Source: a virus (taxonomy: Duplodnaviria; Caudoviricetes). Taken from it: a stretch of DNA of 64,000 nt. The first letter of the stretch is position 1, and each line of letters begins with the position of its first letter. Shown one piece after another: positions 8,203-17,238 of the stretch. Location: the IMG/VR virus record IMGVR_UViG_3300025930_000011, positions 475-64,474 of that record, one strand, 5' to 3'. The notes under the pieces are model-generated. The model made no database searches, had not been told where the DNA came from, and saw only the letters and a program-made list of their open reading frames with translations. Made by a program: the position numbers and the translations under genes.

Positions 8203-8592
8203 ATGGCAGAACGAAATCAGGAAGATCAAACGGTGAAGGTGGAGCAGGCGGCTGATATTATCACGATCCTTGCCTCACTGAGTCGGGGAAACTTCATCGT
8301 GGAGACAGGCAGGAAGTGCTGGGAGCTGACAGAGGCGATTGTCGACGTCCGCGCCAAAGGAAAGCTGGTAATCACCCTCGATATTGAGCCGGGTGGATTT
8401 GCCAAGGATGGGCGAGTGAATCAGTTCGTGATTCGCCCGGAAGTGAAGATCACCAAGCCCGAGCATCCTCAGGGCAAGTCGATCTTCTTTGTGACCCCGG
8501 ATAACAAGCTAACGCGGAACGATCCGGACCAGGAAGAGTTGGAATTCTCATCATCATCAGAAAAGGAAGGCGATACGAATGGCAGACGTTAA
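8203..8592 (+). CDS. YfdP-like prophage protein
   Basis: KGKLVITLDIEP...KITKP..SIFFVTPDNKLTRNDPDQEEL, directly upstream of a YfdQ-like gene. Confidence 0.7.
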   Translation: MAERNQEDQTVKVEQAADIITILASLSRGNFIVETGRKCWELTEAIVDVRAKGKLVITLDIEPGGFAKDGRVNQFVIRPEVKITKPEHPQGKSIFFVTPDNKLTRNDPDQEELEFSSSSEKEGDTNGRR

Positions 8593-9472
8593 TATTGACG
8601 CGAATGTTTTGAGGGATGCGGTGGAGCTGGGCCAGCGGCTCGGTGAGCCTATGGTAGTGGGCGAAGGGATCGAGATCCCCTATGCGGTAGTGCCGAAGAA
8701 TGCGGACTTGGTTCCGCTGCTTCATCTGAAGTACCCCTACGGTCTGCCGCCGCGCAAACCGGATCATATCAAGGCATCAGTGGCGCTTGGGGATGCTGCG
8801 AGTTTCTGCCGGTACGTGAAGCTGTATCAGGATGAAACTACGCGAGTGTTCGCAAGTCCCGAGCAGTTCGGTTTTCGCGCCATTCTCGATTACCACCCGG
8901 CGATTCAGAAGCAGGTGGGCGATGGAAGCCCTGAGGCCGCCGATCTAGCCCCGGCGCCCGCCTCAGCTAACTTCACCGATCACAGTGCCACGCTGACCTT
9001 GAAGCGCTCGGACCAGTGGAACCTCTGGATGGCGAAAAACGAAAAGGCAATTCCACAAGCTGAGTTTGCGGAGTTCGTGGAAGACAACTACCGCGACATT
9101 GCGAGCCCTCCGCCTGCGGTGATGCTGGAAGTCGCCCGCGACCTAAAAGCCACCATTGATGTCAACTTTGCCTCCAAGGTTACGTCAAAGAATGGCGCGG
9201 TGCAGCTCGCCTACCAGGAAGTTGTAACTGCCGGAGTGGGTCCGGCGGGCAACATGGAAATACCGGATACCTTCTCAATTCTGATTCCAGTATTCTATGG
9301 CGAAAAGCCTGTTCAGATCGAGGCGCGCCTGCGATTCCGGATTGCCAATGGAAAGTTGACCTTCATTTACAAGCTATACCGGCCTTTGGAGCTTCTCGCG
9401 GATGCATTCCAGTTGGCCGCGGTAAAGATCGGGGAAACGCTGGGGACTGACGTACTGCTCGGCTCGCTCTAA
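8579..9472 (+). CDS. yfdQ: YfdQ / DUF2303 family protein
   Basis: AILDYH, QAEFAEFVEDN..DI, IPVFYG...IEARLRFRI..GKLTF.YKL.R. Confidence 0.85.
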   Translation: MADVNIDANVLRDAVELGQRLGEPMVVGEGIEIPYAVVPKNADLVPLLHLKYPYGLPPRKPDHIKASVALGDAASFCRYVKLYQDETTRVFASPEQFGFRAILDYHPAIQKQVGDGSPEAADLAPAPASANFTDHSATLTLKRSDQWNLWMAKNEKAIPQAEFAEFVEDNYRDIASPPPAVMLEVARDLKATIDVNFASKVTSKNGAVQLAYQEVVTAGVGPAGNMEIPDTFSILIPVFYGEKPVQIEARLRFRIANGKLTFIYKLYRPLELLADAFQLAAVKIGETLGTDVLLGSL

Positions 9473-9497
9473 AACTCACTCAAGGTCATTCCCCGGT

Positions 9498-9899
9498 ATG
9501 AAAACTCAGGACGAAAACCGCGCAGCATGGGCCGCGCACGTCGAATACCTGCGCACGCTTCCCTGCGAGAATCTCGACCCATCGACTCTCGATCAGGTGG
9601 AGCGTGCCATTCGGCGCTTCCCCTATCCCGCAATCTCCGATGCTGTGATGCAGATCAACGGCGGATGGATCTGTAGGCTCAAGTATGATTTGTGCCTCGC
9701 CTGGCTGCTGCAAAACGGCTGCATCGAGCCCTCTGGCTTCGGCGTCTTCCGGATCGACCGGCGAAAACTTCCTCTGATCGAAGTAGAGAATCCCATCGCA
9801 GATGCAATTGATGCGGCGCGGATTCCAGAGAGGCGATCGAGCGCGCCGGTAGAGCCGAGTAAAGCCGAGATTGCCGCGCAATGGGGGCTCTTTGCCTGA
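9498..9899 (+). CDS. hypothetical protein
   Basis: 133 aa ORF in the early operon. Confidence 0.55.
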   Translation: MKTQDENRAAWAAHVEYLRTLPCENLDPSTLDQVERAIRRFPYPAISDAVMQINGGWICRLKYDLCLAWLLQNGCIEPSGFGVFRIDRRKLPLIEVENPIADAIDAARIPERRSSAPVEPSKAEIAAQWGLFA

Positions 9900-9959
9900 T
9901 ACCGATTCCGCTTCCGCTCCCGCTGTTCCCCTGCCCGTAGTTTCGTTGGTGACCCACGA

Positions 9960-10790
9960 ATGAGCCTCTGGTTCCGGATGTACACCGGCATCGTCAACAA
10001 TGCCAAGATTCAATCTCTGCCCACGCCATTATTCAAGGCTTGGGTGAATTTATTGTGTCTCGCGAAAGACAACGGAGGCGCGCTCCCGCCTCTCCCGGAT
10101 ATCTCCTTCCAGCTCCGATGCACCGAGGCGCAGGCGAAGAAATGGATCTCGGATCTGTCTGACCGCCGGCTGTTCGATGAGTCAAGCGATGGAGCCGGAG
10201 GAAAGGAAATCTGCCCTCATGACTGGGAGCAGCACCAGTACGTTTCCGACGTTTCAACCAACCGCGTAAAGAAGTTTCGGGAAACGCAAAAGAAACTGCG
10301 AGGAAACGTTTCAGTAACGCACTCAGAGACAGAGCAGAGACAGAGCAGAGACAGAGCAGATTCAGAAACAGAAACTTTTGCGGCGGCTGCGGCGCACACG
10401 CCCAAGCCGCCGCCGCCGAGCCTCCAGGGATGGCCGGTGACGACGGAAAGAATCGCGCGGAGGTTCCCCTCAGTCGATGATGAGATGGTCTGCCGGATCG
10501 CCTCCGCCGCGTGCGCGATTGACCCTGGAATCACTGATGATTCTCTTGCCCAAGTGATTGATTCTGAATGGAAGCCCGGGCAAAACTCCGCCGCGCTGTT
10601 TCTCAAAACCGTACCCGCAATTCTGCGCAATCGGGCCGCCGAAACTGCGGTGCGCAAGGCGGCTGAGGAGCGCAATCTGCGTGATGCGGAGGCAAGAATT
10701 CTTGAGATTTATTCCCGATCGGATGCGGAAACTCGTCTTGATCTGGAAAAAAGTTGGCCAGAACTTTCGGACAAGTGGCCGAAAAAATAG
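9960..10790 (+). CDS. phage replication initiator / replisome organizer
   Basis: WFRMY..IVNNAKIQSL..FKAWVNLLCLA...HDWEQHQ..ST.RVKKFR followed by a low-complexity ETEQRQSRDR linker. Confidence 0.75.
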   Translation: MSLWFRMYTGIVNNAKIQSLPTPLFKAWVNLLCLAKDNGGALPPLPDISFQLRCTEAQAKKWISDLSDRRLFDESSDGAGGKEICPHDWEQHQYVSDVSTNRVKKFRETQKKLRGNVSVTHSETEQRQSRDRADSETETFAAAAAHTPKPPPPSLQGWPVTTERIARRFPSVDDEMVCRIASAACAIDPGITDDSLAQVIDSEWKPGQNSAALFLKTVPAILRNRAAETAVRKAAEERNLRDAEARILEIYSRSDAETRLDLEKSWPELSDKWPKK

Positions 10791-10795
10791 CAACT

Positions 10796-11053
10796 ATGCC
10801 ACGGAAATCTAGCAACAAATCCGCGAAAAAAGTTGAGCTACCCGCCGGGTGTTACGTCTGCAAGGGCGCTCCGTTTGTGAGTGGTGTTGACCTGTTCGGA
10901 AACCACGGCTCGCGGCGCTGCGACTGTGCGCGGGGCCGGGTACTCAGGGCGATCGACATCGCGCGAAATAACAAACAGCCTCAGCAGCAGAAGCTGACTC
11001 CGGCTGCCTCCGCCTCCGCGCCTCACTCAGCACAGACCGGTGGCGAATCATGA
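10796..11053 (+). CDS. small zinc-binding protein (CxxCxG...RRCxC)
   Basis: CYVCKG...RRCDC after the initiator gene; resembles a helicase-loader N-terminal zinc module. Confidence 0.5.
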   Translation: MPRKSSNKSAKKVELPAGCYVCKGAPFVSGVDLFGNHGSRRCDCARGRVLRAIDIARNNKQPQQQKLTPAASASAPHSAQTGGES

Positions 11054-11337
11054 GAGGCAACGTCTCTCGCTCGATCATGCTGGGACGTGCGCTCAGAGAG
11101 GTGCTGCAGCCTCCGCGCCACAAGCCCAAGGCCTGGGCGAGAGTCACGCTTCAGGCTCTCGCATATGTCAAGATCGGGAGGATTCATGTCGACTGGAGAT
11201 GCTCCAAGCTGCAGTGTCAGTACAGTAATTCGGCTTCGATGATCGTCCCGATCTCTGGGCCTCTCGTACCGTTCCTCGGCCGCTGTCCCTGGTGCTGCCC
11301 AAAGGCGCCAACCCCCACGATCAAACATTTGTCTTGA
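11050..11337 (+). CDS. hypothetical Cys-rich protein
   Basis: ATGA-coupled; CxxxxC...CPWC. Confidence 0.45.
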   Translation: MRGNVSRSIMLGRALREVLQPPRHKPKAWARVTLQALAYVKIGRIHVDWRCSKLQCQYSNSASMIVPISGPLVPFLGRCPWCCPKAPTPTIKHLS

Positions 11338-11363
11338 CAATCTTTTCACTTTCCTGTTAAACC
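11334..11363 (+). promoter_or_regulatory. sigma70-like promoter upstream of the packaging/late genes
   Basis: TTGACA (11334-11339) and TGnTAAACC (11355-11363). Confidence 0.45.
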
Positions 11364-11591
11364 TGTTATCCAGAAGCACGCAATGCAACACACGACGCGC
11401 CTCTTAGTTCCAATTGCAAAGTAGTAGAACGCGTACCACCACAGTCAACCCCCTGCCGCCACCTGCAACACGGTGAGCGTGCTCGTGTCTTCGGATACCA
11501 AATATCTGAGGCCACGAATGACGTCAGGCTGAAATAGTGCCTGGCGATCTCGGGCGCGAAATGCGCCTGAAACCAATCTTGGGCTGAATAG

Positions 11592-11954
11592 GTGGACGTG
11601 TCTAAAAAACAACATAAGAGGCAATCTGCTGTTACTGTGGCGAATCCTCCCATCGGTGGAGATACCCACGTGGACTATGCCACGGCGAAGCGGTATGTGC
11701 GCTGCGGTCGAGCCCGGTTCGATTCAAGCGGCCGGCTGGTGATCAAGTACGGCAGCTCCGTAGATCACGGAAGCGGCGGCCTCAGACTCAAGGGCAAGCC
11801 CAATCTACAACTGCTGGTCACTGAGTTCTCTGGTCTCGATGCATTCCCTGGTAGAGCCGTGATGCCTCCCTCTCCCACTGTGTTGCGCAATATGGGCGGA
11901 TCGTACCGTGGTCCGTTGCGGCCTCCGATGATGCGCTCGTCAAGTAACTGCTGA
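11592..11954 (+). CDS. hypothetical protein
   Basis: 120 aa ORF immediately before the HNH gene. Confidence 0.5.
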   Translation: MDVSKKQHKRQSAVTVANPPIGGDTHVDYATAKRYVRCGRARFDSSGRLVIKYGSSVDHGSGGLRLKGKPNLQLLVTEFSGLDAFPGRAVMPPSPTVLRNMGGSYRGPLRPPMMRSSSNC

Positions 11955-11956
11955 AC

Positions 11957-12451
11957 ATGCCGTCTCTTGCAAAGCGTCCGTGTTCGGTGTGTGGTCAGCT
12001 CGGCTGCAGTGCGCATCGGCGTGACTACAGCTATCGCAACACAACGGCAGGCCGAGGTTATGACAAGCGTCACAGGCGACTGAAGCTGCTCTGTCATATG
12101 CGTGACGAGTGGCGTTGTGTCGACTGTGGATGGGAGCCAGAGATTGTCAGGGATTTCCGGGAATCTGGCTTGGGACTGCCTTCGGTCGAGGCCATCATCG
12201 AGGCCGGAAAGATCGCGTTTGCGAAAGGCGAGCGCCACCTCCATGCAGACCATCAGATCCCAATTGAGCAGGCCGAAGACTTGAAGCTGGATCTCGACAA
12301 CTACAAGACCCGATGCAATGTCTGCCACGCCAGTAAGACAGCGCGTGAGGATGGCGGATTTGGTCACTCGGTAGTCGTTTCAAAGTCGCGCAATCCGCGT
12401 GATTCGAGCGCGCAAAGCGCCTCTGTGTCACCGTTTCAATCGGTCGTGTAG
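11957..12451 (+). CDS. HNH endonuclease, terminase-associated (HK97 gp74-like)
   Basis: RGYD, RDEWRCVDC, ADHQIP, N...CNVCHASKTARED; sits upstream of terS. Confidence 0.9.
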   Translation: MPSLAKRPCSVCGQLGCSAHRRDYSYRNTTAGRGYDKRHRRLKLLCHMRDEWRCVDCGWEPEIVRDFRESGLGLPSVEAIIEAGKIAFAKGERHLHADHQIPIEQAEDLKLDLDNYKTRCNVCHASKTAREDGGFGHSVVVSKSRNPRDSSAQSASVSPFQSVV

Positions 12452-12632
12452 ACGTGTGCAGACGTCAGCGGGTGGTTACATGCGACGTTGATATGACAGG
12501 GGTTGCGCTTCTAGCTACGTAGTACTACGTAGTAGGGCGGGGGGGAGGGGTGGGTCGAATCTCTGCATCGAAGGCCCCTGTGACCCTAGCTGGGGTTAAC
12601 GCGAAAAATCCCAGGTTATCGATGTCGAAGTT
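12452..12632. other. candidate cos / packaging-site region
   Basis: Non-coding gap between HNH and terS with a perfect 18-bp palindrome CTACGTAGTACTACGTAG (12515-12532) and a G-rich GGGGGGAGGGGTGGGTCGAATCTCT tract. Confidence 0.55.
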
Positions 12633-12635
12633 TTG

Positions 12636-13169
12636 ATGGGAATTCGTGGTCCAATTCCGAAATCAGCCGAGTCGAGGGAGTTTGAGGGTGGTGCAGCGCA
12701 CCGTCCGATGCCTCCGGGCCGTCCGCCGTCCGCCTTCGGAGTGCCAGAGAAGCCGAAGGGTATGCCGGCCGCGGCGAGGCGCTTCTGGGATTTCTACGTT
12801 GAGCAGATGCAGTTCAATGGAACCCTGCGGCCGATCGACGGGCCATGCCTTGAGATGGTCTGCACGCTCAGTGCCGACCTGCAGCAGCTTGAGCGGGAGA
12901 AGCGGAAGCTGATCCGACAGCGGAAGGCCCAGGCGAAAACCGATAACCGGGTGATCATGGGCGGCGCGACGCTCGAGTTCGAGGTTACGGTGGAAGGCCG
13001 GCGTCTTGAGCAGACGTTTAACGGCAAGCGGTCTCAGTTGCGGGCGCTGTGCGACCGATACGGGCTCAACCCCATGGCAGGATCCAGATTACAAACCGGC
13101 GAATCGGCTCTGGCGCCAGGCCGGGCAGTGCAGGCAGAAGTGAATGAAATTGAATCGCTCATTCAGTAG
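12636..13169 (+). CDS. terS: terminase small subunit (P27-like)
   Basis: MGIRGPIPK, P.KP..M...ARRFW, L.PID...L, YGLNP..GSRL. Confidence 0.8.
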   Translation: MGIRGPIPKSAESREFEGGAAHRPMPPGRPPSAFGVPEKPKGMPAAARRFWDFYVEQMQFNGTLRPIDGPCLEMVCTLSADLQQLEREKRKLIRQRKAQAKTDNRVIMGGATLEFEVTVEGRRLEQTFNGKRSQLRALCDRYGLNPMAGSRLQTGESALAPGRAVQAEVNEIESLIQ

Positions 13170-13239
13170 CCATCAGGAGCAGCTCGGCTTGAAGTTCCGT
13201 ATCGACTCCGGGTTGCCTCTTACGGTTTCCCCGCGATCA

Positions 13240-13497
13240 ATGGCAAGTGTCGCCCGCCGCGAATTCTCCTCAACTCCCGATGCTTCGCTCCCTGACCGCC
13301 AATTCAAAATCATGCGCTACGCGGAGAAGGTGGCTCTGTTGCGGAATCTGAGGCGCAGTTACCGGCGGGCCGTTCAGCGTAAAGCCGGCGGAAGTGCCGC
13401 TCTCTATGCAGCGACTCCGGAAGGCCGGCGGGTTCATCGCACCATGCAGACGTTGATGCAGCAAATTGCGGCGGAGCGCAACTCTCTGTGCGGGTGA
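13240..13497 (+). CDS. hypothetical protein between terS and terL
   Basis: Ends AAERNSLCG; start uncertain. Confidence 0.5.
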   Translation: MASVARREFSSTPDASLPDRQFKIMRYAEKVALLRNLRRSYRRAVQRKAGGSAALYAATPEGRRVHRTMQTLMQQIAAERNSLCG

Positions 13498-14040
13498 TCA
13501 GTGCCGAATCTCGGAAGTTGCTCATCGAGCACATGTGTGAAGTTATTCAGCGGGTTATCTCAACTGGCCAGAAGATTGACCTGTACATTCCAGCTCAGTG
13601 TTACCCAATGAGCATGGGTGACCAGGAGGGCGCGTTTTATGCCGCGCAGAGAATTTGCAACGCTTCCGGGCGGGTGTCCCGGCAATTCCGATCTGACGGT
13701 GATTGCATTTTTCCTAGAGGGGCAGATGCTGCGCAGTTGGCAGACCGGCGAGCTTTACGGTTGGAAAAAGAGCGTGCGGCTGAGGTAGTCCGTGTTGAGA
13801 AAGAAGCCGCTAGGCATCTGCGCGATCAGGAGATCCGGCAGAGGATTGCTTGCGGGCATTCGGTTGTTGATGTTGCTGAGCAGTTAGGGATTTCATCTCA
13901 GACGGTGCGCAACGTATCTGGTGTTAGGCGCCAGCGGCACTTTGAGCTTTCCTTTTCCCATGACCTGGAAGACATTCAGGAAATGTTACTTCGTATCGAC
14001 AGGCCGAAAACCGCGGCGGAGCGCAACTCTCTGTGTGGGT
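13468..14040 (+). repeat. 28-bp direct repeat pair (13468-13495 and 14013-14040)
   Basis: GCGGCGGAGCGCAACTCTCTGTG(C/T)GGGT, containing an RBS and GTG start. Confidence 0.9.
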
Positions 14041-14042
14041 AG
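13488..14042 (+). CDS. helix-turn-helix protein inserted before terL
   Basis: RDQEIRQRIACGHSVVDVAEQLGISSQTVRNV. Confidence 0.65.
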   Translation: MRVISAESRKLLIEHMCEVIQRVISTGQKIDLYIPAQCYPMSMGDQEGAFYAAQRICNASGRVSRQFRSDGDCIFPRGADAAQLADRRALRLEKERAAEVVRVEKEAARHLRDQEIRQRIACGHSVVDVAEQLGISSQTVRNVSGVRRQRHFELSFSHDLEDIQEMLLRIDRPKTAAERNSLCG

Positions 14043-15844
14043 TCCAATTCCTCCTTACCAGTCTGATGTTCGCTGCTGCATCTGAGAACGCCTCAGGCGC
14101 TGCTGTACCTCCCGTCATTCCCGGGCCGCGTGTTCAGGCCTCCGGATCGGCGCTGTTCGATTACCGCCCGGAGATCTGCGCCTACTGCAATACCGAGACC
14201 TGGTGTGAGCTGCGGGCGAATCAGCAGCGCCAGTGCCGCGGCTGCAAGGTGGTGCGGTTTTTCTCCCGGGTGCTCTATCCGCCTCTCGGGTATGAGTTGA
14301 TCGGGTGGCAGGAGAAAGTACTGCGGGACGTTTACGGCACCGTGAGGCCGGAGGATGGTCTCCGCCGGTACACGAGCGCCTTCATTGAAGTCGCGAAGAA
14401 GAACGGCAAAAGCTTTTTGATCGGCGGGATGCCGCTGTACAACCTGCTGATGGAGGATGAGCTGAACCCGGAGGCCTACGGCGCAGCCGCGGCGAAGGAC
14501 CAGGCCGGACTTGTCTTCAAGGCCGCTCAGCAGCTCGTCAACGCGAATCCTTACCTGCTCTCGAAGCTGAAAGTCCTGCCGAGCACCAAGCGCATCATCC
14601 GGAAAGACCGCGGCGGGTTCTACGCTGTCATCTCGGCAGACGGCGAATTACAGGATGGTATTGAGCCATCGCTGAGCTTGCGGGATGAGCTGCACCGCTG
14701 GAAAACTGCGCGGTCCCTGACACTGCGGGATGTGATGACGAAAGGGCAGATCTCCCGCCGGGAGCCGCTCGACATCGTGATCACGACCGCGGGCGCCGAA
14801 TACGAATCGCCGCTGTGGCTCGAAGAATACGAGCAGGCAAAGAGAGTGCTCGATGGCTCTCTCGTGATGGACAGCTTGTATGTCGCGGTCTTTGAGCCGG
14901 ACCTAAAGCGCCTCAACAGCGACTCCGAATACTGGAAATCGAGAGAAGCGCGGGTAGCCGCAAACCCGTCACATGAAGACCTGGGCGGGTTTCTCCGCGA
15001 TGCCGCGATTGCTGCTGAGATGCAGAAGGCGCTTGCGAATCCGCGGGCGAAATCGAAGTACTTCCGCTATAACCTGAACGTCCCGGTGAAGCAGCTCGAA
15101 GACCCGATCATCGAGCCTGACAAGTGGCAGGCGTGCGGCGGTGGAATTGATGTCCGGAAGGTGGTGAAGTACGAGCCTTCGTTGCTGGTCGACGCCTGGA
15201 AGCTCGGGAATGAGCAGTGCTGGCTGGGCGTCGATGCGTCCTGGACTACTGACTTGACCGCTGTGGTCGCAGTGTTTCCCCCGATCGCGGGCGGTCCCAC
15301 GGATGTCTGGAGCCTGCTTCCGTTCTTCTGGATGCCTGAGGAAAAGGTGGATCAACTGGAGCGCACCTGCCGCGTGCCGTTCTCCACCTGGATTGAGCAG
15401 GGCTTCATCACCAACACGGCTGGCGGTGCTATCGACCTACGCTCTGTGATCGAGCGAATCGAGTGGGCCAATCAGCAATTCTCGGTAGTCGAAGTCGCGT
15501 ATGACCGGATGAACTTCCGGGTCGAAGCGATGAACCTGATCGATAAGGGAATCACATGCTCAGAGGTTCCTCAGACGTTTCTCGGCTTGAGTGCGGCGAC
15601 GAAATTCCTGCTGAGTATCTATCCCGAACGGCAACTGCGCCATGCGAATAACCCGGTGCTTAACTGGATGGCCTCTTGCCTTCAGCTCCAGTACGACCAG
15701 AAAGACAACTGCCAGCCTTCGAAGCCCGAGCGTATGAAATCGAGCAAGCGGATTGACGGCATTCAGGGCGGCGTCACTGGACTCAGCCGGGCAATTCTGG
15801 AATGGCAGGGTTTCAGCCCCTATACGGGATTGAGGAGCGTCTGA
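14033..15844 (+). CDS. terL: terminase large subunit
   Basis: Walker A AKKNGKS, Walker B RDELH, ITTAG, nuclease LGVDAS...DLTA, KRIDG. Confidence 0.95.
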   Translation: MWVVQFLLTSLMFAAASENASGAAVPPVIPGPRVQASGSALFDYRPEICAYCNTETWCELRANQQRQCRGCKVVRFFSRVLYPPLGYELIGWQEKVLRDVYGTVRPEDGLRRYTSAFIEVAKKNGKSFLIGGMPLYNLLMEDELNPEAYGAAAAKDQAGLVFKAAQQLVNANPYLLSKLKVLPSTKRIIRKDRGGFYAVISADGELQDGIEPSLSLRDELHRWKTARSLTLRDVMTKGQISRREPLDIVITTAGAEYESPLWLEEYEQAKRVLDGSLVMDSLYVAVFEPDLKRLNSDSEYWKSREARVAANPSHEDLGGFLRDAAIAAEMQKALANPRAKSKYFRYNLNVPVKQLEDPIIEPDKWQACGGGIDVRKVVKYEPSLLVDAWKLGNEQCWLGVDASWTTDLTAVVAVFPPIAGGPTDVWSLLPFFWMPEEKVDQLERTCRVPFSTWIEQGFITNTAGGAIDLRSVIERIEWANQQFSVVEVAYDRMNFRVEAMNLIDKGITCSEVPQTFLGLSAATKFLLSIYPERQLRHANNPVLNWMASCLQLQYDQKDNCQPSKPERMKSSKRIDGIQGGVTGLSRAILEWQGFSPYTGLRSV

Positions 15845-15849
15845 TACAA

Positions 15850-17238
15850 GTGTTCCCTGAACTATTCGGGTATGCCAAGCGATTGCTCTCTCGGAATACT
15901 GAGCCATTGTCGATCGCAAATGAGATTAAGGCTGCCGGCGGAGTTTCGTTTAGTGCGATCGATGTCGCCTGGTATGCCAGAAACGGGTATCCCCAAATTG
16001 CAGCAATTCTGTCGGGTGGTGCTCCGGCCTGGTCGGGTGAATCGGTAGGCATCGAGACCTCTCTGAATCACTCCGTGGTGTGGGCCTGTAACCGGGTGAT
16101 CAGCGAGTCAATTGGCCAGACTCCGGCAGTGATGATGCAGCGCAAAGGGGCTTACACCCAAGAAGCAAAGCATCCGATGTTCAACGCAATGCGGTATGAG
16201 CCGAATTGCGAAATTACATCTCAGGAATTACGGGAGTTAAAAACAAGTCACTGTGCTCTCGGTGGTGATGCATTTTCACAGATCCTCAGGAGAAGCGGTA
16301 CCGGCGTGGCCTTCGAGCTGGACCCGCTGCTTCCGAATCAGGTTGAGGTGGACCGCGAAAAGCGCGGGCAAAAGCGACTCGTCTATCTTGTAAAAACTAG
16401 CGCCGGGGAGCAGGGAAAAACCTATACAGTCGAGCGCGGCAAACCTCAAGATATTCTCCATATCCGCGGGATTGGATGGGATGGCCTGCGCGGGATGTCG
16501 GTGATCAGTTATGCGCGGCAGTCTCTCGGCACAGCGCTTTCCGCAGAACGGCATGTTGCCCGGTTCTATGCGAACGGCGGCCGCGTCCCTTATACCCTGG
16601 AGCTGCTCCAGAACAACAAGTTCAAGAACAATCAGGAGTTTGATAAATTCCGCGCGGACTGGGAAAGAATCTACTCCGAACCTGAGCGGGCGCCGATTAT
16701 CGAGCCTTGGTTCAAATACAACCAGATCGGCATCAATGCCGTCGACTCCCAGATGCTCGAGACCCGGCAATTTACGGTGCCGGAGATCTGCCGATGGTTC
16801 CGTGTTTCGCCTGACATGGTTGCGGACCTCAGTCGAGCAACCTTTTCGAACATTGAGGAACTGGGTCTCCGGTTTGTCACCTACACGCTGAGCGCCTGGT
16901 TCACGCGATGGGAGCAGGCCTTCCGGCGTTGCGTGCTGACCCCGGAGGAAAAAGAGCAGGGCTTCTTCCTGAGCCATGACACCGACCAGTTCCTGAAGGG
17001 TGACATCGTGGCTCGGTTCGCCGCCTACGCCTCCGCCCTGCAAAACGGCCACATGAACCAGGATGAGGTTCGTGAGGAAGAAGGCCGTGACCCGCTGCCG
17101 AACGGTGAAGGTGAAAACTACCGCGTGCAGCTTAACATGCAAACTCTCGGCGCTCCGCCAGTTGTCGATCCCGCCGTGGAGCTTGCCAAAACCCGGGCAG
17201 CCAAAAAGCAAAAGCAGCAAAGGAGAATCGCAGCATGA
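15850..17238 (+). CDS. portal protein (HK97 family)
   Basis: VWACNRVISESIG, ILHIRG..WDGLRGMS, QMLETRQF...EICRWFRV.P, ATFSNIEE; start GTG 15850 after GAGGAG (track start 15802). Confidence 0.95.
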   Translation: MFPELFGYAKRLLSRNTEPLSIANEIKAAGGVSFSAIDVAWYARNGYPQIAAILSGGAPAWSGESVGIETSLNHSVVWACNRVISESIGQTPAVMMQRKGAYTQEAKHPMFNAMRYEPNCEITSQELRELKTSHCALGGDAFSQILRRSGTGVAFELDPLLPNQVEVDREKRGQKRLVYLVKTSAGEQGKTYTVERGKPQDILHIRGIGWDGLRGMSVISYARQSLGTALSAERHVARFYANGGRVPYTLELLQNNKFKNNQEFDKFRADWERIYSEPERAPIIEPWFKYNQIGINAVDSQMLETRQFTVPEICRWFRVSPDMVADLSRATFSNIEELGLRFVTYTLSAWFTRWEQAFRRCVLTPEEKEQGFFLSHDTDQFLKGDIVARFAAYASALQNGHMNQDEVREEEGRDPLPNGEGENYRVQLNMQTLGAPPVVDPAVELAKTRAAKKQKQQRRIAA

